NCBI GenBank assembly: GCA_004431415.1
Contig: QPMI01000017.1
Span: forward strand, 806,001-870,000
Length of the DNA: 64,000 bases
Reading direction: 5' to 3'
Source of the DNA: Cyanophora paradoxa CCMP329
Taxonomy: Eukaryota > Plantae > Glaucophyta
Part shown: positions 1-13,788 of the stretch, piece after piece
Numbering within the stretch: the stretch's first letter is position 1
Layout: every line of letters starts with the position of its first letter
The notes under the pieces: generated by a model
The model's database searches: none
What the model saw: the letters and a program-made list of their open reading frames with translations, nothing else
Told to the model about the DNA's origin: nothing
Made by a program: the position numbers and the translations under genes

Positions 1-1510
1 GCGGCGCCCTCGCCGCCCCGGGGGCGGCCCCACCCCGGGGACGCGCCCGTCGAGCCGCGCCGGGTCCGCCTCGGGCCGGCCGGCTGCCGGCACGCGCCCC
101 ACGTCCCCAGCCACGGAGGCCGTGCAGGCGGCGCAGGCGGCGCAGGCGGCGACCTCGGCGGCCTCCGCCCCTTTCTCGAGCCCCCCGCCCGGCGGCTGCG
201 GCGGGGCCGACCCCACGCCCATCCCGGCCTCGACCTTCGGGTCGGGGGTCACGCGCGAGCCGCTGCAGCCGCGGCCGCCGTCGGCCACCGCGGCGCGCCC
301 CGCACCGCCGGCCTCGCCGGCGCCGCAGCTGGCGGCCGCCCCGAAGGAGGCGCTGGCGGCGCCGGGGGCGGACTGGACGGCGTTCCTCCCGGCGGGCCAC
401 CCGCGGCACACGGCGGCGCCCGAGGCGACGGTGGTCGTACCCTCGGAGTACGCCCACCTGAAGGGCCCGGGGGCCTCCTACAACAAGGCCGTCGCCGGCG
501 CGGCGCAGCTCGAGCGCGAGATCGCGGGGCTGCGGGCGCAGCTGCAGCGCGCCTCGGAGGAGCTGCACGACAAGGAGGGCCTGGCCCACGCGCTCGCCTC
601 GAAGCTCGAGGGCGCCCGCTCCGCCCTCGCCTCGCAGAACGTCGCGGCCGCCCTCGCCGCCCTCGGCCTCGACCCGGCCCTCGCCTCCCGCCTCGCCCGC
701 CGCCCCAGCGTCGCCCCGCCCGCCTCCGCCCGCGCCCCGCCGGCGTCGACAAGGCCGTGCAGGCCGGCCCCGCCGGCGGCCCCGGCCCCGTTTTCTCCGT
801 CCCACGGCGACCCCGATGGCGGCGGCGGCGGCCTCCGCGGCGCCCTCGGCCGGGCCCTCCCCGCCGGTCTCCGTCGGCGCCTCCCTGGGCGGCGCCGGCG
901 GCGGGGCCCCGGGGGAGGACGCGGGGTTCGGGGTGCGGGGCTCGGCGATCGCGGCCCCGGCCGGCGCCGGCCCCGGCGTCGTCGTCTCGCGGGAGCAACT
1001 CGAAGCCCTGCAGGCTCGCCTGCCCCCCCACCCCCCGCGCCCCCGTCCTCCTCGGCGCAGCCTGACCCGCCCCGCAGAGCCTCATCCGGATCAACAACGA
1101 GCTGGCGGCGGAGGGTGACCAGGTCAAGTGGCGCATGATGTACAGCTCGATGAAGGCGGCGGAGGCGCGGGAGCTCTACGCTCGCAACGCCGACCTCATG
1201 CGCTCCTCGGGGGCCGCCGCCGCCGGCGCCCCCTCCCCCGCCGAGCGCGACGCCATCGCGTGCGCCCGCCCCCGAGCGCGCGCCGGGCCGGGCCGGGCCG
1301 GGGCCGACGGGCCGTGCGGCGCGCAGGCGGCTGGACGTGTTCAAGCGGCTGGAGGCGCGGTCGCTGGTGATGTACGAGAAGATGCGGCAGCGGCTGGAGG
1401 GGATCGAGGGCCAGCGCCGCCGCACCCTCGAGCGCGTCCTGGAGGCGACCCAGCTCCTCTTCGTCGCCCCGACTTCGTCCTCTCCCCGAGGCCCACGCCG
1501 CACTCGCGCA

Positions 1511-1541
<31 letters not shown>

Positions 1542-2458
1542 TCGGGCGGGCGGGCGGGAAGCCCGGGGGCAGCCCGCGGCGGGGCGGCTCCGGGGCCGGC
1601 GTGGCGGTGGTGGACCTGCTGCGCACGCCGCCGCAGTTCGCGACGCGCTCGGCGCACCCGATGAAGGCGGTCGGCGAGCCGCCGGCGCCGCGGGCCGGCG
1701 GCGCCCTCCGCGCCGACTCGCAGGTGGCGACGAGCGCGGCGCGGGCGGCGGCGCGGAGCCAGGGGGCCAACTACCTCTTCCACCTCCCCCTGGGGCCCGG
1801 CAGCACGGGGGCGGGCACGGGCACCGCGGGGCGCGCCCCGAGGAGATCGACGAGGCGGCGTTCCTCGCCGGCCTCTCCGAGGACGAGGCGCCCGGCCCGC
1901 GCCCGGCCCGCGGCGGCGCAGCGCCCGGCGACGAGCCCCGCGGCGCCGGGCTCGTTGCGCGGCTCGGTGCCAGCGCTGCCCGTGGCCGGCCTCACCTCGG
2001 CGGGGGCGGCGGGCGCGGGGGCGGCCCTCACGGACCGGACGCACGTGCGCGTGGTGTCGGCGCTGAGCGCGGCGCGGCCGGCGGCCGGGGCGCAGACGGC
2101 GCGGGCGACGGCGCGGCGCCCGGCGGGGTCGCCCCTGGCCTCCCCCGGGGTGCGCAAGAGCCGCGCCGCCTCGGTCGGGAGCGTCGACTCGGAAGCGGTG
2201 GAGGCCTGGGGGGCGCCCCCCGGGAGCCCCGGCCCGCGCCCCCGCGGCCGGCGATGCCCTCCTCAGCCCGGCGCGCCCCCGCGGCCTCCGCCCTCGCCCG
2301 CGGCCGGCCAAGGGCGCGCGGTGGGGCGGGGCGGGCGGCCGGCAAGCGGCGCGGGGGGGGGCAACCAGTTCTTCCTCTCGAGCCGCGAGGAGCGCGAGAT
2401 GCGGGACGCGATGCGTCGCGCCGTCGCCAACGTCCCCCCCGGCCCCGCCTACACCTAG
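1..2458 (+). CDS. Uncharacterised Pro/Ala-rich coiled-coil protein, multi-exon, 5' end probably outside the window
   Basis: Coiled-coil-like coding segments (AQLEREIAGLRAQLQRASEELHDKE; LIRINNELAAEGDQVKWRMMYSSMKAAEAREL; VFKRLEARSLVMYEKMRQRLEGIEGQRRRTLERV) are joined by short introns such as CAG|GCTCGC..CCGCAG (~1013-1077). Stop TAG at 2456-2458 is followed by a drop in GC. No family recognised. Confidence 0.6.
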
Positions 2459-3774
2459 TCCCCTCGCTGAGACTTCCCGCATTTGCGTACTGCAGCTAGT
2501 TCAACTTAGCTGCGCATGCTACGTGCATGCCACTTGATGCGAACGAAGCAGGCGTGCCTGCGAGAGTCGAGCCCGCGACCTTCGGACATTCCTGCAATGG
2601 ACCTGCATCGGTCGCATTATTTTTTTCATGGACGGCCCCGTCAAGAGGCCACCAATCGCGCGCCGGATCTGCCGATTTAATTACCCAATGCGCACTGCAC
2701 AGCGGCCCCGAACACTCGGAGCTGCATCTGGCGCTCTCGACCCTCGAGCCCAGGCGCTGCCAGCGCGGTGGCAGGCACTGGCACAGTCTGGCGCCGGCAG
2801 CGCCAGACTCCGGCCCAGCGCCTGCCGGCCAGCGCCACTCAAGCTTTTAATTTATAAAAACTGATCATTAATGTACATGTATATGTATACTAAAAGATAC
2901 ATAAAGATACATAAGCCAAATTGCTATTTTGTCTCTATGCCCCCTGGGCAGCCCCCGCAGTGCTGGTGTCTAGAGACTGTGGCCGGTAATTCACCAAAAA
3001 AAAAAAAAAATTAAATCCGTACATATATATATTGAAACGTTATAAGAATTATGATTAACATCGATATCGATATCGACATATGATGGTCACATATCTAGCT
3101 GGCTAAATTACGTGTGTATCAATTCATTAAATGGCTGTACCAGTTCTTCCGCCGAATCGGCGCCGATCCGTTCAACCGACGGCGCCGGGGATTCGGCGGA
3201 GAAACATTCAAAAAAATCGAATTCCGTGTTCCCCTGATTCCGTCCCCCCTTTCCCCGCCCTGGAGAGAGTCTCAAGAGAGATCCGCGCGAGCGCTAGCGC
3301 AACGCCGGCGCCAGCAGCAACAACGTCAACAGAGGCGCTCTAGATCTCTAGATCTAGATCTCTTTAGCTTGGGGATACGGATCCAGTGCGCCATCATCAT
3401 ATCAGCAGCTGCATGCATGCGCAGCTCATCACAGTGAAGCTACAGAAGCGGTTGGAGTAAACGTATACGCCGTGCGCTCTCAGTCTCGAGGCGTCTTGAT
3501 CAACTTCGGGGCTCAACCAGTTCAGCAGTATACGTAATAGTTGTTCTGCTGGCGGTGCCGTGCGCTCTTCTTGCGCATCGCAGCATTCAGCAGAAGCAGC
3601 GGCGGCCAGCCAGGGAGCGTGCAACAGCATGCCTGCCCGGCGGCAACGGCCGCTGGCCTCAACTGGTCGCTGAGGACCAGTACCAGCAGTCGCGTGTGAG
3701 CCAGTGCGCGCGCGCGGTGCTGCAGCAGTTGCAGGCGGCCCTCGCCACCGCTCTGCAGGGCTGAGGCAGAACCG

Positions 3775-6700
3775 ATGGCGACAGCTGCAGGCGATCCGGC
3801 GATGTACGTGCGCGACAAGATTGTCGCGAACTCCGGCAGCGGCAAGTCGCTCGTCAAGCCATTCAGCTTGCGTCTGGACACGCCGCAGGAGGTGAAGCTG
3901 GCGTCCGCCGGCTCCGTGATACCGGCCCGCGGCCAGTACTCGCCAGGCCGATCCAGCCCAACCAGCCGTGCGCCGAGGATTCCTCATCATGGGAAGCGGG
4001 CGGCGGCGCTCAACGTCTTCAGCTCCATGCGCACGTTCCTCATCATCGCGTCGGTCCTGGAAGTCGGCGGTGCCGTCGCTCTCTCGTGGGCCATCAGTGA
4101 GCGCCGCACGCCCGCTCTCGCTGATTTAAAAGAGTTGAAATTTACGGGGGGGATTTTTTGCAGCGTGGATCTTCGGCGTACGGAACGTGGAAACGGTCGC
4201 GCGGCAGCTCATCGACGTCAGCCACGAACACATGTCAGAAGTCGTCGAGGTCCGCTGCATGGCGTCGCCCTCGCTCGCCGCCGAGGCTGCAGGCTGCGAT
4301 CGAATCCGACGCCGTACGCGTGCACAGTCGTCGCTGGAGGAGGCGAGCCGGATGACGATCTCGCTCAAGAACGCCTTCTCCGAGGGCCTGCTCTCCCGCG
4401 CCCGCTGGCGCCAGAGTCTCGCCGTCCGTCCCGTCCGCGCCGCTTCCTGAGCGCCGCTCTGCGCTAAGAGCGCGCGCAGCGATTCTACGCCTCGCTGAGC
4501 TCCGAAGGCTCCGAGGCCGCCGGCGCACCGGTCGCGCCGAACGCGGTACGGCCGGAATTTCGGATCGAGTTCGATTCGGGACGCCTGCTCACAGCGGTGC
4601 GGCAGGTTTTCCAGCACTACGTCTACTTCCTCGCGGACAGCACGGCCTTCGGGATCCTGCGCCAGGGCGAGGCCTACAACGCGTTCTTCGCCAACGCCAC
4701 GCACGCGAGCTCCTTTGCGGTGGACGCGCAGGGCCAGCCCGCGAAGCTCCTCGTGCGCCGCGCCTCGTCCGCGCGTGACGCCTCGTCACGCGCGTGACGG
4801 GCGGCGGTAGTTCTCGGGGCCACTTGGGACGGACATTTCGGCGTCGAGCGCGGACGAGGCGTCGGCGATCCGGCTCGCCCTGACGCGGGGCATCAGCTGG
4901 ACCGACGTGCACCTCCGCCCCGCCAGCGGCGCCCCCGTGCGCCCGCCCACGCACCGAAGCGGCCGCCCGCTCGCCGCGTGATCGCCCGGCAGGGACCCAT
5001 CATGGACCGCATGGTCGTCTCGTTCAAGGCGCGGCTCGTGGCGCGCCCGGGGCCGTCGGGGCCCGAGCCGGCCTCGCTCGGGCCCGTCCCGTTCACCCTG
5101 GAAAGCGCGCCGCCGGCCCCCGCCAACGTTAACGGCACCCTCGGCGGGCCGAAGGCGGGCACCCTCGTCGGCTTCGTCGCGGTGCGGGCGGCGCCCCCGC
5201 TCGCGGTCCGACCCGCCCGCGTCTCTGAAGGACCCGCCGCGCAGAGCGCGATGACCGTCTCGAACATGAACCAAATGCTGCTCGCGCACCTCCCGACGCC
5301 CGACTCGGTGGCGTTCCTCGCGACCGGCACCGGCGCGATGGTCGCCAGCAGCGGCGACGTCGACGACGTCGTCGACGGGGCCGCGCAGAGCGTTCGGCGG
5401 GCCGACGCATGCCCCAACCCGCTCATCCGGGCCGTCTACGCCGAGCTGGGCCGCTCAGCAGGCGTCAACGGGTCGGTCGCCGCGGGCGGCACGCGGTCCG
5501 TCGACGTGGGCGGGCGGACGTACTTCGTGAGCAGCACGGCGCTGGAGCGGGCGCCCAACCTGCGCTGGGCCATGTTCACCGCCGTCCCCCGCGACGCCGT
5601 GCGTCCGGTTGTAGCGCCGCTGCCCGCCTCTGCACGCGGGCCGTCTGACGCCGAGCCGCGCGCGCAGATCCTGGCGGAGATCTCGCGCTCGACGGCCGTG
5701 AACGCGGCGGTGAACAGCGCGTGGCTCGTCGTCTCGGTGCTCCTCGCCGTGTGGATCGGGATCCGCATCACGCGGCCCCTCCTCCTCCTCCGCAAGACGA
5801 TGGTCGGCCTCGCCCAGACGATGGCCTCTGTCGCCGACGAGTTCCAAGAGGGCGCCAACGCCGCCGGCGCCAACGAGCGCGGTCGCCCGGGCCCCGGCCC
5901 CTCGCCGGCCGGCCTCGACGCGCCCCCGAGCTCCGGCTCCTCTGGGGATCTGGAAGACGGCGCGCCGTGCCCGCGCGAGTCGCGCGCTGCCGGCCGCCCG
6001 CCGCCCGCCGGCTGCTGCCCCTGGTTCTCGATCCGCCTCTTCCGGCGGCGCGGGCCGGCCCCCGCGCCCACCCCCGAGTTCGAGCTGGAGCAGGGCAAGC
6101 GGACCCCGGAGTGGGTGCGAGGCAGCGCCCTGCGCGGCCGCCTCCGCCCCCCCCTCCGCCCCCACGCGAGCGCCTTTCGCCCTCGCAGGAGCGGCAGGCG
6201 CTGGCGCTGCGGACGGGGATCAGCGAGCTCGCGGCCTTCGAGGGCGTCGTGCGCGCCATGCGCTCTGGCTTCACCGCCTTCCGCGAGGCCCGCCCCGCCC
6301 CGCCCCGCCCCACCAGGCCCAGCCAGGCCCAGCCCCGCTCGGCTCACGGGCCCCGCAGGTCAGCTCGACGGAGCTGACGCTGATGCGCTCGCTCCTCGCG
6401 GAGCGCAAGACGAAGCTCGAGATGGAGGTGCGCGCCGACCAGACCCGCAAGTTCATCTCCACCATGTCCCACGAGATGCGCACGGTGCGCCTCGAAGAAG
6501 TCATCCACAGCGGGCAGCTCTCGCGGGCCTCTGACTGCGGGACTCCAACGCAGCCGCTCAACGGGATCCTGGGGATGCTGCAGCTTGCGCGCGACTGCGA
6601 GCTCCCGCGCGACGTCGCCGACTTCGTCGAGGCTGCCTCCGTCTCCGCCGAGGCCCGCCCCGCCTCCGCCCCGCCCCGCCCCCGGCCCCCGCCGGCGTCG

Positions 6701-9700
6701 ACCAACGGCGGGGCGCGCAGCACCTGCTCTCGATCGTGAACGACGTGCTGGACCTGCAGAAGATCGAGGCGGGCCTCATCGAGCTCCAGTCCGCCCCGAC
6801 CGTCGTCGCCGACCTCGTCGCCGCCGCCGTGCGCGGCGCCCCCCGCCCGCCCGCCCCTCTCCCGCCTCCCCCCGCGCGGGGCGAGCCGGGGTTGGCGCAG
6901 GAGCGGATCGTGCAGCCAAAGGCGCGGGAGAAGGGCCTGCGGCTCGCGTCGAGCATCGCGCCCGACGTGCCGCCCGTCGTCGTCGCCGACCCCGACCGCA
7001 CCCGCCAGTGCCTCCTGAACTTCCTCTCCAAGTGCGCCCCGCCGCCGCCGCCGCCCCAGCCGCTCGCACCGGGCCGCCTCGAGCCGAGCCGCGCGCGCGC
7101 GCCCTGCAGCGCGGTGAAGTACACGAGCGAGGGGAGCGTGACCGTGCGGGTCGAGCTCGAGGCGGCGCCCGGCGACTCGCGGCGACCCTCGGGCCTCTCG
7201 GCCTCGGAGTTCGAGCGGGGCGAGCGGGGCGCCGGCGCCGGCGGGGCGGGTCCGCTGCTGCGGTTCGTGGTGGAAGACACGGGCCCCGGGATCAGCGCGG
7301 AGCAGCAGAAGCAGCTCTTCACCCGCTTCTACCGTGTCCGCCGCGAGGCCGGCTGGGTCGACCCCGGCGGCACCGGCCTCGGTCCGCACGCGCGCGCGCG
7401 CCCCCGGCCCGCGATCGGCCCCTGTCCCGCCGGACGTCGACGCGGGCGTGCGGCGTGCGCAGGCCTTGCGATCTCGAAGGAGATCATCACGCGGATGGGC
7501 GGCACGGTCTCGTGCAGCTCGGCGCCCGGGCGCGGCTCCGTCTTCTCCTTCGCCATCCCCTGCACCCCCGCCAAGGAGCACGGCGTCCTCGCGCCGGCCG
7601 TCCCCGACGGCGCCGGGCGCGGCTTCGGCGCCCTCGGCGGGGGCCCCGCGTCGCCGAGGAGGCGGCGGGCGGGGCGCTGTGGGGGAGGAGGAGGAGGAGG
7701 CGGGCGCCTTCGGGGGCCGCCCGCGTCCATCCTCATCGCCCCCGCGCCGGCGCGCCTCCCGGCGCCGGAGGCCGGCGACGCGGCGGGGGCCGGGGCGAGC
7801 CTGGGGCCAATCGTGCTGGCGCACCGGCTGCTGCTGCTGGGGGCGGAGGGAGAGTACGAGGGGGCGAGCAGTCGGGGGTCGGCGGCGAGCCCGCGGGACC
7901 ACGTCCTCTCGCACCCGGCCTCGGGCTCCCTGCGCGACATGGCCGAGGCGCCGGCCGGCCCCGCCCCGCTCCGCATCCTCGTCGTCGAAGGCCCGTCCCC
8001 GCCCCCCGCAGACTGCGCTGCGCGGCCGCTGACGGGGCGGGCGGGGCGGGAGCGCAGACCACCCGCTGAACTGCCGCGTGCTGCGGACCATGCTGGAGCG
8101 CGAGGGCCACACCGTCTCAGAGGCCCACGACGGCCAGGAGGCCCGCCGCCCCGCCCGCCCCGCCCCGCCCGCCCCGCCCCGCCCCGCCCCGACCCGCCCG
8201 CCCCGCACCGCACCGCCCCGCCCGCCCCGCCCCGCGCTCCGTCTCACGTCAAGCGCGCAGGCGGTGGCGCTGTTCGAGGGGCTCGGGGCGGAGGGCGCGG
8301 CGGGCGGGGCGCCCTTCTTCGACGTGGTCTTCATGGACGTGCAGATGCCGGTGAAGGACGGGTTCGAGGCGACGCGCGAGCTGCGGGCCATGGAGCGCGC
8401 GCGCGGCTGGCCGCGCCACGTCGTCATCGCCACCACCGGCCACGCCTCCGCCGAGGACGAGGAGGCCTGCCTCCGCGCCGGCATGGACAAGTGGGTGCGC
8501 CCGCGTCGCCCCCGCGGCCCCGGCCCGCGCCCGGCCCCGCGCGATCCTGACGGTGGGCGGCGGGCCGGGCGGCAGCTCACGAAGCCGATCCGCAAGCCCG
8601 TGCTGCTGGCGGCCATCGAGGGGCGGGACCGGCCGATGAGCGGCCGGGCCGCGGGTCGGGGGCCTGGGCGGCGCCCTCGGCGGCGCCCTCCAGCGCTCGG
8701 CGAGCAGCCGGACCTCGCCGGGAGCCTCGGAAGCGGCCTTAAAACGTCGCCGGGCAGCCTCGGCGGCGGCAGCCTCGGCGCCGGACTCCTCCGCGCCGCC
8801 GCGGCGCGCGTGCAGCGCTCCGCCGCAGTCTCCACCTCCTCGGCCTCTCCCCCGAGGCGCCGGCGCCGACGCAGGCAGAGGGAGGGCCCGCCGGAGCGCG
8901 ACGAGGCGGCCTTTGCTCTGCCGCCGGCCGCCGCCGCCCGGCCGCCGCTCGCTCCCTCTCCGACATGGGTGCCGCCCCTCGCCCGCCCCGCCCCGCCCCG
9001 GGCCTCACGCCAGGCGGCAGGGCTCGGCGCCGGCGCTCCCGCGCCCGCGGCCCCGGGCGGCATCGTGGCGCGGCTGGCCGACGGGGCGGGCGCGGGTCGG
9101 CCTCGGGCAGCAACACGCCGGCGGTCTCGATGCGGCGGGGCGGCGGCCCCGCCTCGCACGCGAGCCTCCTGGCGGAGATGGAGGAGCGCTGGGCGTGTGG
9201 GGCGAGCGAGGGCTCGTCTGCGCGGGGGGCGGGGGCGGGGGCGGGGACGCGGACGCCGCCGTGCGGGGAGCTGGTGGAGGGGCAGGAGGCGCTGGTGGTG
9301 GACGACCACGAGATGAACCGGCGCGTCCTCGAGGCGCTCCTCACCCGCGAGCGCATGCGCGTCCACGTCGCCCGCGACGGCGCCGAGGCCGTCGCCGCCT
9401 TCCAGTCCCGCGCCCGCCCCCGCCCGGGCCCAGAGCCCGCGAGCCCGGCCCCCGCCCCCTTCGCCGTCATCTTCATGGTCCGCACCTGCGCCGCTCCGCC
9501 CCGCCCCGCGCCGGCCGGCGGCTGAGGCCTAGGCGGGGGCAGGACGTGTCGATGCCGAACCTGGACGGGCTGGACGCGACGCGGCGCATCCGGGAGCTGG
9601 AGGGGGCCCTCGGGCTGCCCCCCGTCCCCATCGTCGCCTGCACCGCCCTCTCCTCCTCCGCCGACCGCGCCAGCGCCCTCGCCGCCGGCATGACCGAGTA

Positions 9701-9932
9701 CCTCGTCAAGCCCGTCGTGCGCCCCCGCCCCTCGAGCCCGCCCCGAGCCCGCCGCCGCTCACTCCGCGCCGCTCGCGATCGAGCGCAGTCCCGACCCGCC
9801 GTGCACGCCGTCCTCCTCAAGTGGGCGGCGCGGGCTGCCCCGCTCACCTGCGCATCCGCGCTGCCCAGCCCATCCCTGCCAAGCCCCTCGGACGGCCCGC
9901 CCCTGAGCCCGTCTGCTCGTTTTATGCACTGA
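3775..9932 (+). CDS. Membrane-bound hybrid sensor histidine kinase (TM, Cache-like sensor, TM, HisKA, HATPase_c, two REC domains), multi-exon
   Basis: Spliced motifs: H-box FISTMSHEMRT|PLNGILGML, N-box DPDRTRQCLLNFLSN|AVKYT, G1 VEDTGPGI, G2 GGTGLG|LAISKEII, REC1 LRILVVE|DHPLN..FMDVQMPVKDG..LTKP, REC2 ALVVDDHEMN..FM|DVSMPNLDG..LVKP. Hydrophobic helices lie at ~4035-4095 and ~5715-5765. Start codon is approximate. Confidence 0.9.
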
Positions 9933-10449
9933 GGCCCGCCGGCTCGCGATCGGCACCGCCGCCACCCTCATGATCAGTCCCGCCTCAGTTTATTCCCGAG
10001 CCCGTTCGCTCAGCGGCCGCTCTGCCTTCTCTTCTCACGCGCAACGCTTTCTTAGTGCTTCTTCGTATCGTTTAACATTTTTTTGCCGACGCGGGCAGAA
10101 TAGAAATTTTCAATCTAGTACAACGCGCAGATCTATATGTGAACAGTGTTTAATGCCGTGTGCAGCTTTCCAATTAGTTGATCGATATCGGCAGACGGTT
10201 TAATTTAGATTCACTCCAGGATCCGGATTCTAGGGCTATTCTCGATGTGCTCATGACCAATCGCATTTCCGCGCGCTATTCAAGTGTATTTTCGATTCGA
10301 ATTTGCAACTATCATAGTTGGGGAAGGGAAAATCACTTCCCCTGTCCCTCTCCTTAGGGCCCAACCCTACCCCAAATCCTGTTTCCCCGACCTCCTCAAA
10401 ACCCAGGCCGCGCGGTATATCCTGAAAGCACACCCCAAGGGGTGATCCC

Positions 10450-10549
10450 GTCCCGTCCGACCAAAGGGTGATCCAGGAACGGGCACCAACTCCCATGTCG
10501 CCCGGTCCCGTCCGACCAAAGGGTGATCCAGGAACGGGCACCAACTCCC
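10450..10549. repeat. Direct repeat of a 45-bp unit (GTCCCGTCCGACCAAAGGGTGATCCAGGAACGGGCACCAACTCCC), 2 copies, period 55
   Basis: Identical copies at 10450-10494 and 10505-10549 in intergenic DNA. Confidence 0.85.
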
Positions 10550-13500
10550 GGGACAAAAACGGGTCCAGCGACGCATAGGGAGCAGATATACGAGCCAAAC
10601 CAGTTCGAGGTCGTTGCACGCATCATGAACAACATTCCGTACAGCGGGAGCAAGGCCGGATGCGAGCGCGGTTGCGTGGGAGGACGCCGCGCGCCCTAGC
10701 CAATCACATTGGAGAGTCAGTTAACTTACCCTGAGGAAAGTCTTTTCGCGGACCCCCCCGGCCGCTTTCTCCCTCCCGCCCTGCAGCTGGCCAGCGCTTT
10801 CTCCTAAGCTTCCCGACAGCCCGGCCGGCCGCGGCGCTCTCTGTCACGCGCGCCTCTCGCGCGCGCGGGCAGTCTGCTGTAGCCAGCCGCGCCATGAACG
10901 CCACAGCCGCTCCAACCGCACGCACCCCGGTCGCAAGCCGGCCACAAGCCGGTCGCACTAGCTTGCGCCGTGGGGTCGCATCAGGTTTGCCCGCGGCGCG
11001 CCAGCTGCGCAGGAGCCCGAGGCCATGTCCGCGCCGCGCAACGCCCCGGCCGGGCCCGCGCGCGCGCGGCCGCGCCGCCGGGCGCCCGGCCGGCGCGGCA
11101 GTACGAGCTCGCGCGCGACGGCCGCGGAGCAATTGCAAGCGCATGCGCAGGTTGCGAACGTCTAGATCTGGCCATGGCCAGCAGCGCGCCTCGAGCTCCG
11201 ATCCGATCGATCCGATCATGCGCACTCGCAACACACGCACATGCCTACCTTCATGCACGGTGCGCTCGCAGCTACGCAGCGCCCTTGGTACCAGTCTTTG
11301 CCCGCTCAGTTGCATTATCTCGCCTAGGCCTCCGGTCCATTCGGCGTGTCCCGCAATTGCAATCGCGCGCGTGACGTCGACGGCCTCGCGCGCGCGCGTG
11401 ACGGGGCATGCGCAAGCGCAGGAGCAGACATGTACATCCACAAGCTTAAGGTTTGCATGCGAGCCATCCCCGGCCCACTGCGCCGCGTCCAACCTCTTCT
11501 AGCCTCCTCTTTCGAATTTTATATTTAGCCTCGAAAACAGCTCGCCTGCAGCTGGCGCCGGCCTGGCGTCGGATGGCCGCGGCCACCGCCTTCAAGGCTT
11601 CTGGACCGGAGCCTCAGAGCGCTAGCTCTGCTTTTCTTCCATTTGAATGGACGCAGCGGTCCTTCAAGTCTGCTCCTTTTCCTGCTCTCTAGATCTCCGG
11701 ATTCAAGCCATCGCCCCAAATTCGCGAGTGACTTTCCCTTCCCCGGACCCCGCAGCGGCGTGCACGAGCACGACCCCTTCCGAGCGCGCGCCGCAGCGGG
11801 CCCTTTATATATATCAGCTCAGCGCATTGCATGTGGAACCGTAGTAAATGTGTTTAATTTCGAATGCATGCGCGCACAGCGGCGCACTTTCGTACCGTAC
11901 CGGTACTAGCTATAGTACTCAGTGACTATAACTGCCGCGTGCCGCGCGGTTACTACCGTACCCCGTCACGCCGGTGCACGTCATGATCACACCGTGGCAC
12001 CGTCGTGACGGCGATGACGCCGGCCGGCGCGGCGCCGCGCCGCGCGCGGCGGGCGGCGCGGCCCGCGCCGCCCGCGCGCGCGCTCATGCATATGCAGCGG
12101 CTGCGGCACGCGCGCCGCGCGCCATGCCATGATGACGCCCGCGGCCGCCCGCGCCATCCGGGCGGATTCCCCCAAGTTCCGGGCCAATTTCCGGCCTCCA
12201 CCGTGGCACAGTGGGGGCCCCACTGCTGGCCCGGGGGATCCGGCCCGGCGCCGCGCGCGGCGGGCCATGATCCGGCCCCTGGGGCCATCCGGGGGATCCG
12301 GCCCGGCGGCGGCCGGCGCGGCGGCGGCGCCGGCGGATTCCGGCCGATCGATATCGAGGTCGACGTACGTCACGGCGTCACGCTGTGACGGTGACGCGAC
12401 TAGATTTCCGTATCCCCCGAGCCTCCGGCGGCCCTCCCGATCCGGTGGCTACGAGCGCTTCTTTCTGATCGGCCTGGTTCCGAAGTTCGGCCGGGCGCCA
12501 GCGACGGCCACCGTACCAGCAGCTTGCACTGCGGCAGCGTGACCGCCGTGACCGAGATCTAGACCCGTCACCCGTACGCGTGGCCCGGCGCGGGGGCCGT
12601 GATTGAAGCAGTCACTAGCTACGACCGTGCAGCGCATATAGCTACGACCGTACGCGTCGGGCGGCGAGCGCTGCTACGGTACACGTAGTAGCAGGTTGCA
12701 GGCCTAGGCCGCAGAGCTCCCAGATCCAGACGGGCAGGCCGCGCGCGCGGCTGATCGGCGGCCGCGGCGGCGCGCTGGATCCATGCATATGCATATGGCC
12801 AGCTCGCGTCAGCCCCCGCAGCCTGCAGCTGGGCCGCAGTCGGTAGTAGACCCGCGGCCGCGGCCGCGGCCGCTGCCGTCGACGTCGCCTTCGGCGGGCG
12901 CGGCGACGTCGCGGGACTCGCGGCCGCGGAGGCCTGCGCGGTCGGCGAGCTGTAGCGATGGCCGCGACGAGACGATGCCGGACATGCACATGTACGTATA
13001 CAGCGACTCTGCCAGCGAGCGGGCGACAGCCGCGGGCGGAACGTGCAGCTACGACCCAAGCTTAAGGCCGCGAACGGAAATCGATAGCCGCAAGACGTGT
13101 GTATCGTTTCGGGGCATCGACAGCGCCGGCCGCGAGATGGGTCTGCCGGCTGGCGCTTTAGCTAGTGCTGGTGCCGAAGGAGCTGCAACCGCGGAAACGC
13201 CGGCGCCACCCCGGTGCGTGCTATAGCTAGCGCTTCGCCTGCGTGTGTTGCCCCGCGTTCGCGGCCGTGCACGTGTTAGCTCGGCGGGCGCCAGCTGCGG
13301 CCGCGGCCGAGCGCCCCGCGCGGGCATCGTGCGCACATGCGCACCTCTATAAATCGTATATCGCCGCATGCATTCCGCCCGCCACCCAGCCTGCATATGC
13401 ATATATGACTGGCAGCCTGAGTCTTCGATTCGTCCCTGATCATCGTGTGGGCGGCGCCGCTGACGTCCAGCCCCTAAACCTATATATAGCTATTGCCCTC

Positions 13501-13788
13501 ACAGACGAGGCCCTGCGCGGCCCTAGCGCCCAGCACATCTTAGATCTAGATGAGCGAGATCTCATTGCGCATGCGCCCATGCGCGCGCTCGCTCTGATTC
13601 GGCTGCCCGCGCCTCTCCGCAGGGAGCACGCTTACGTGTCTGACGTCGACGGCGCCCTCGCAAGTGGCGCCGGCGCCGGCGCCGGCTGTGCAACGGCGGT
13701 GGAGACGGCCGATCCGGAGCCGAGCGCTGTGTCCTGCAGCTGCAGGCAACACCATTGCCGAAGCCGTCAGCGCCAGCCATACCTGTAC

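Noticed and set aside
6271-9366. 1031-aa minus-strand ORF and other long Arg/Pro/Gly-rich ORFs (e.g. 54307..56451, 36820..38010, 56621..58132)
   Set aside because: They are antisense or off-frame shadows of real genes, caused by very high GC and stop-codon scarcity.
10600-13700. Possible gene or MITE in the GC-rich, palindrome-rich intergenic stretch (repeat GGGGGATCCGGCCCGGCG at ~12233 and ~12291)
   Set aside because: No recognisable protein motif, coherent exon chain, terminal inverted repeats or target-site duplication could be established.
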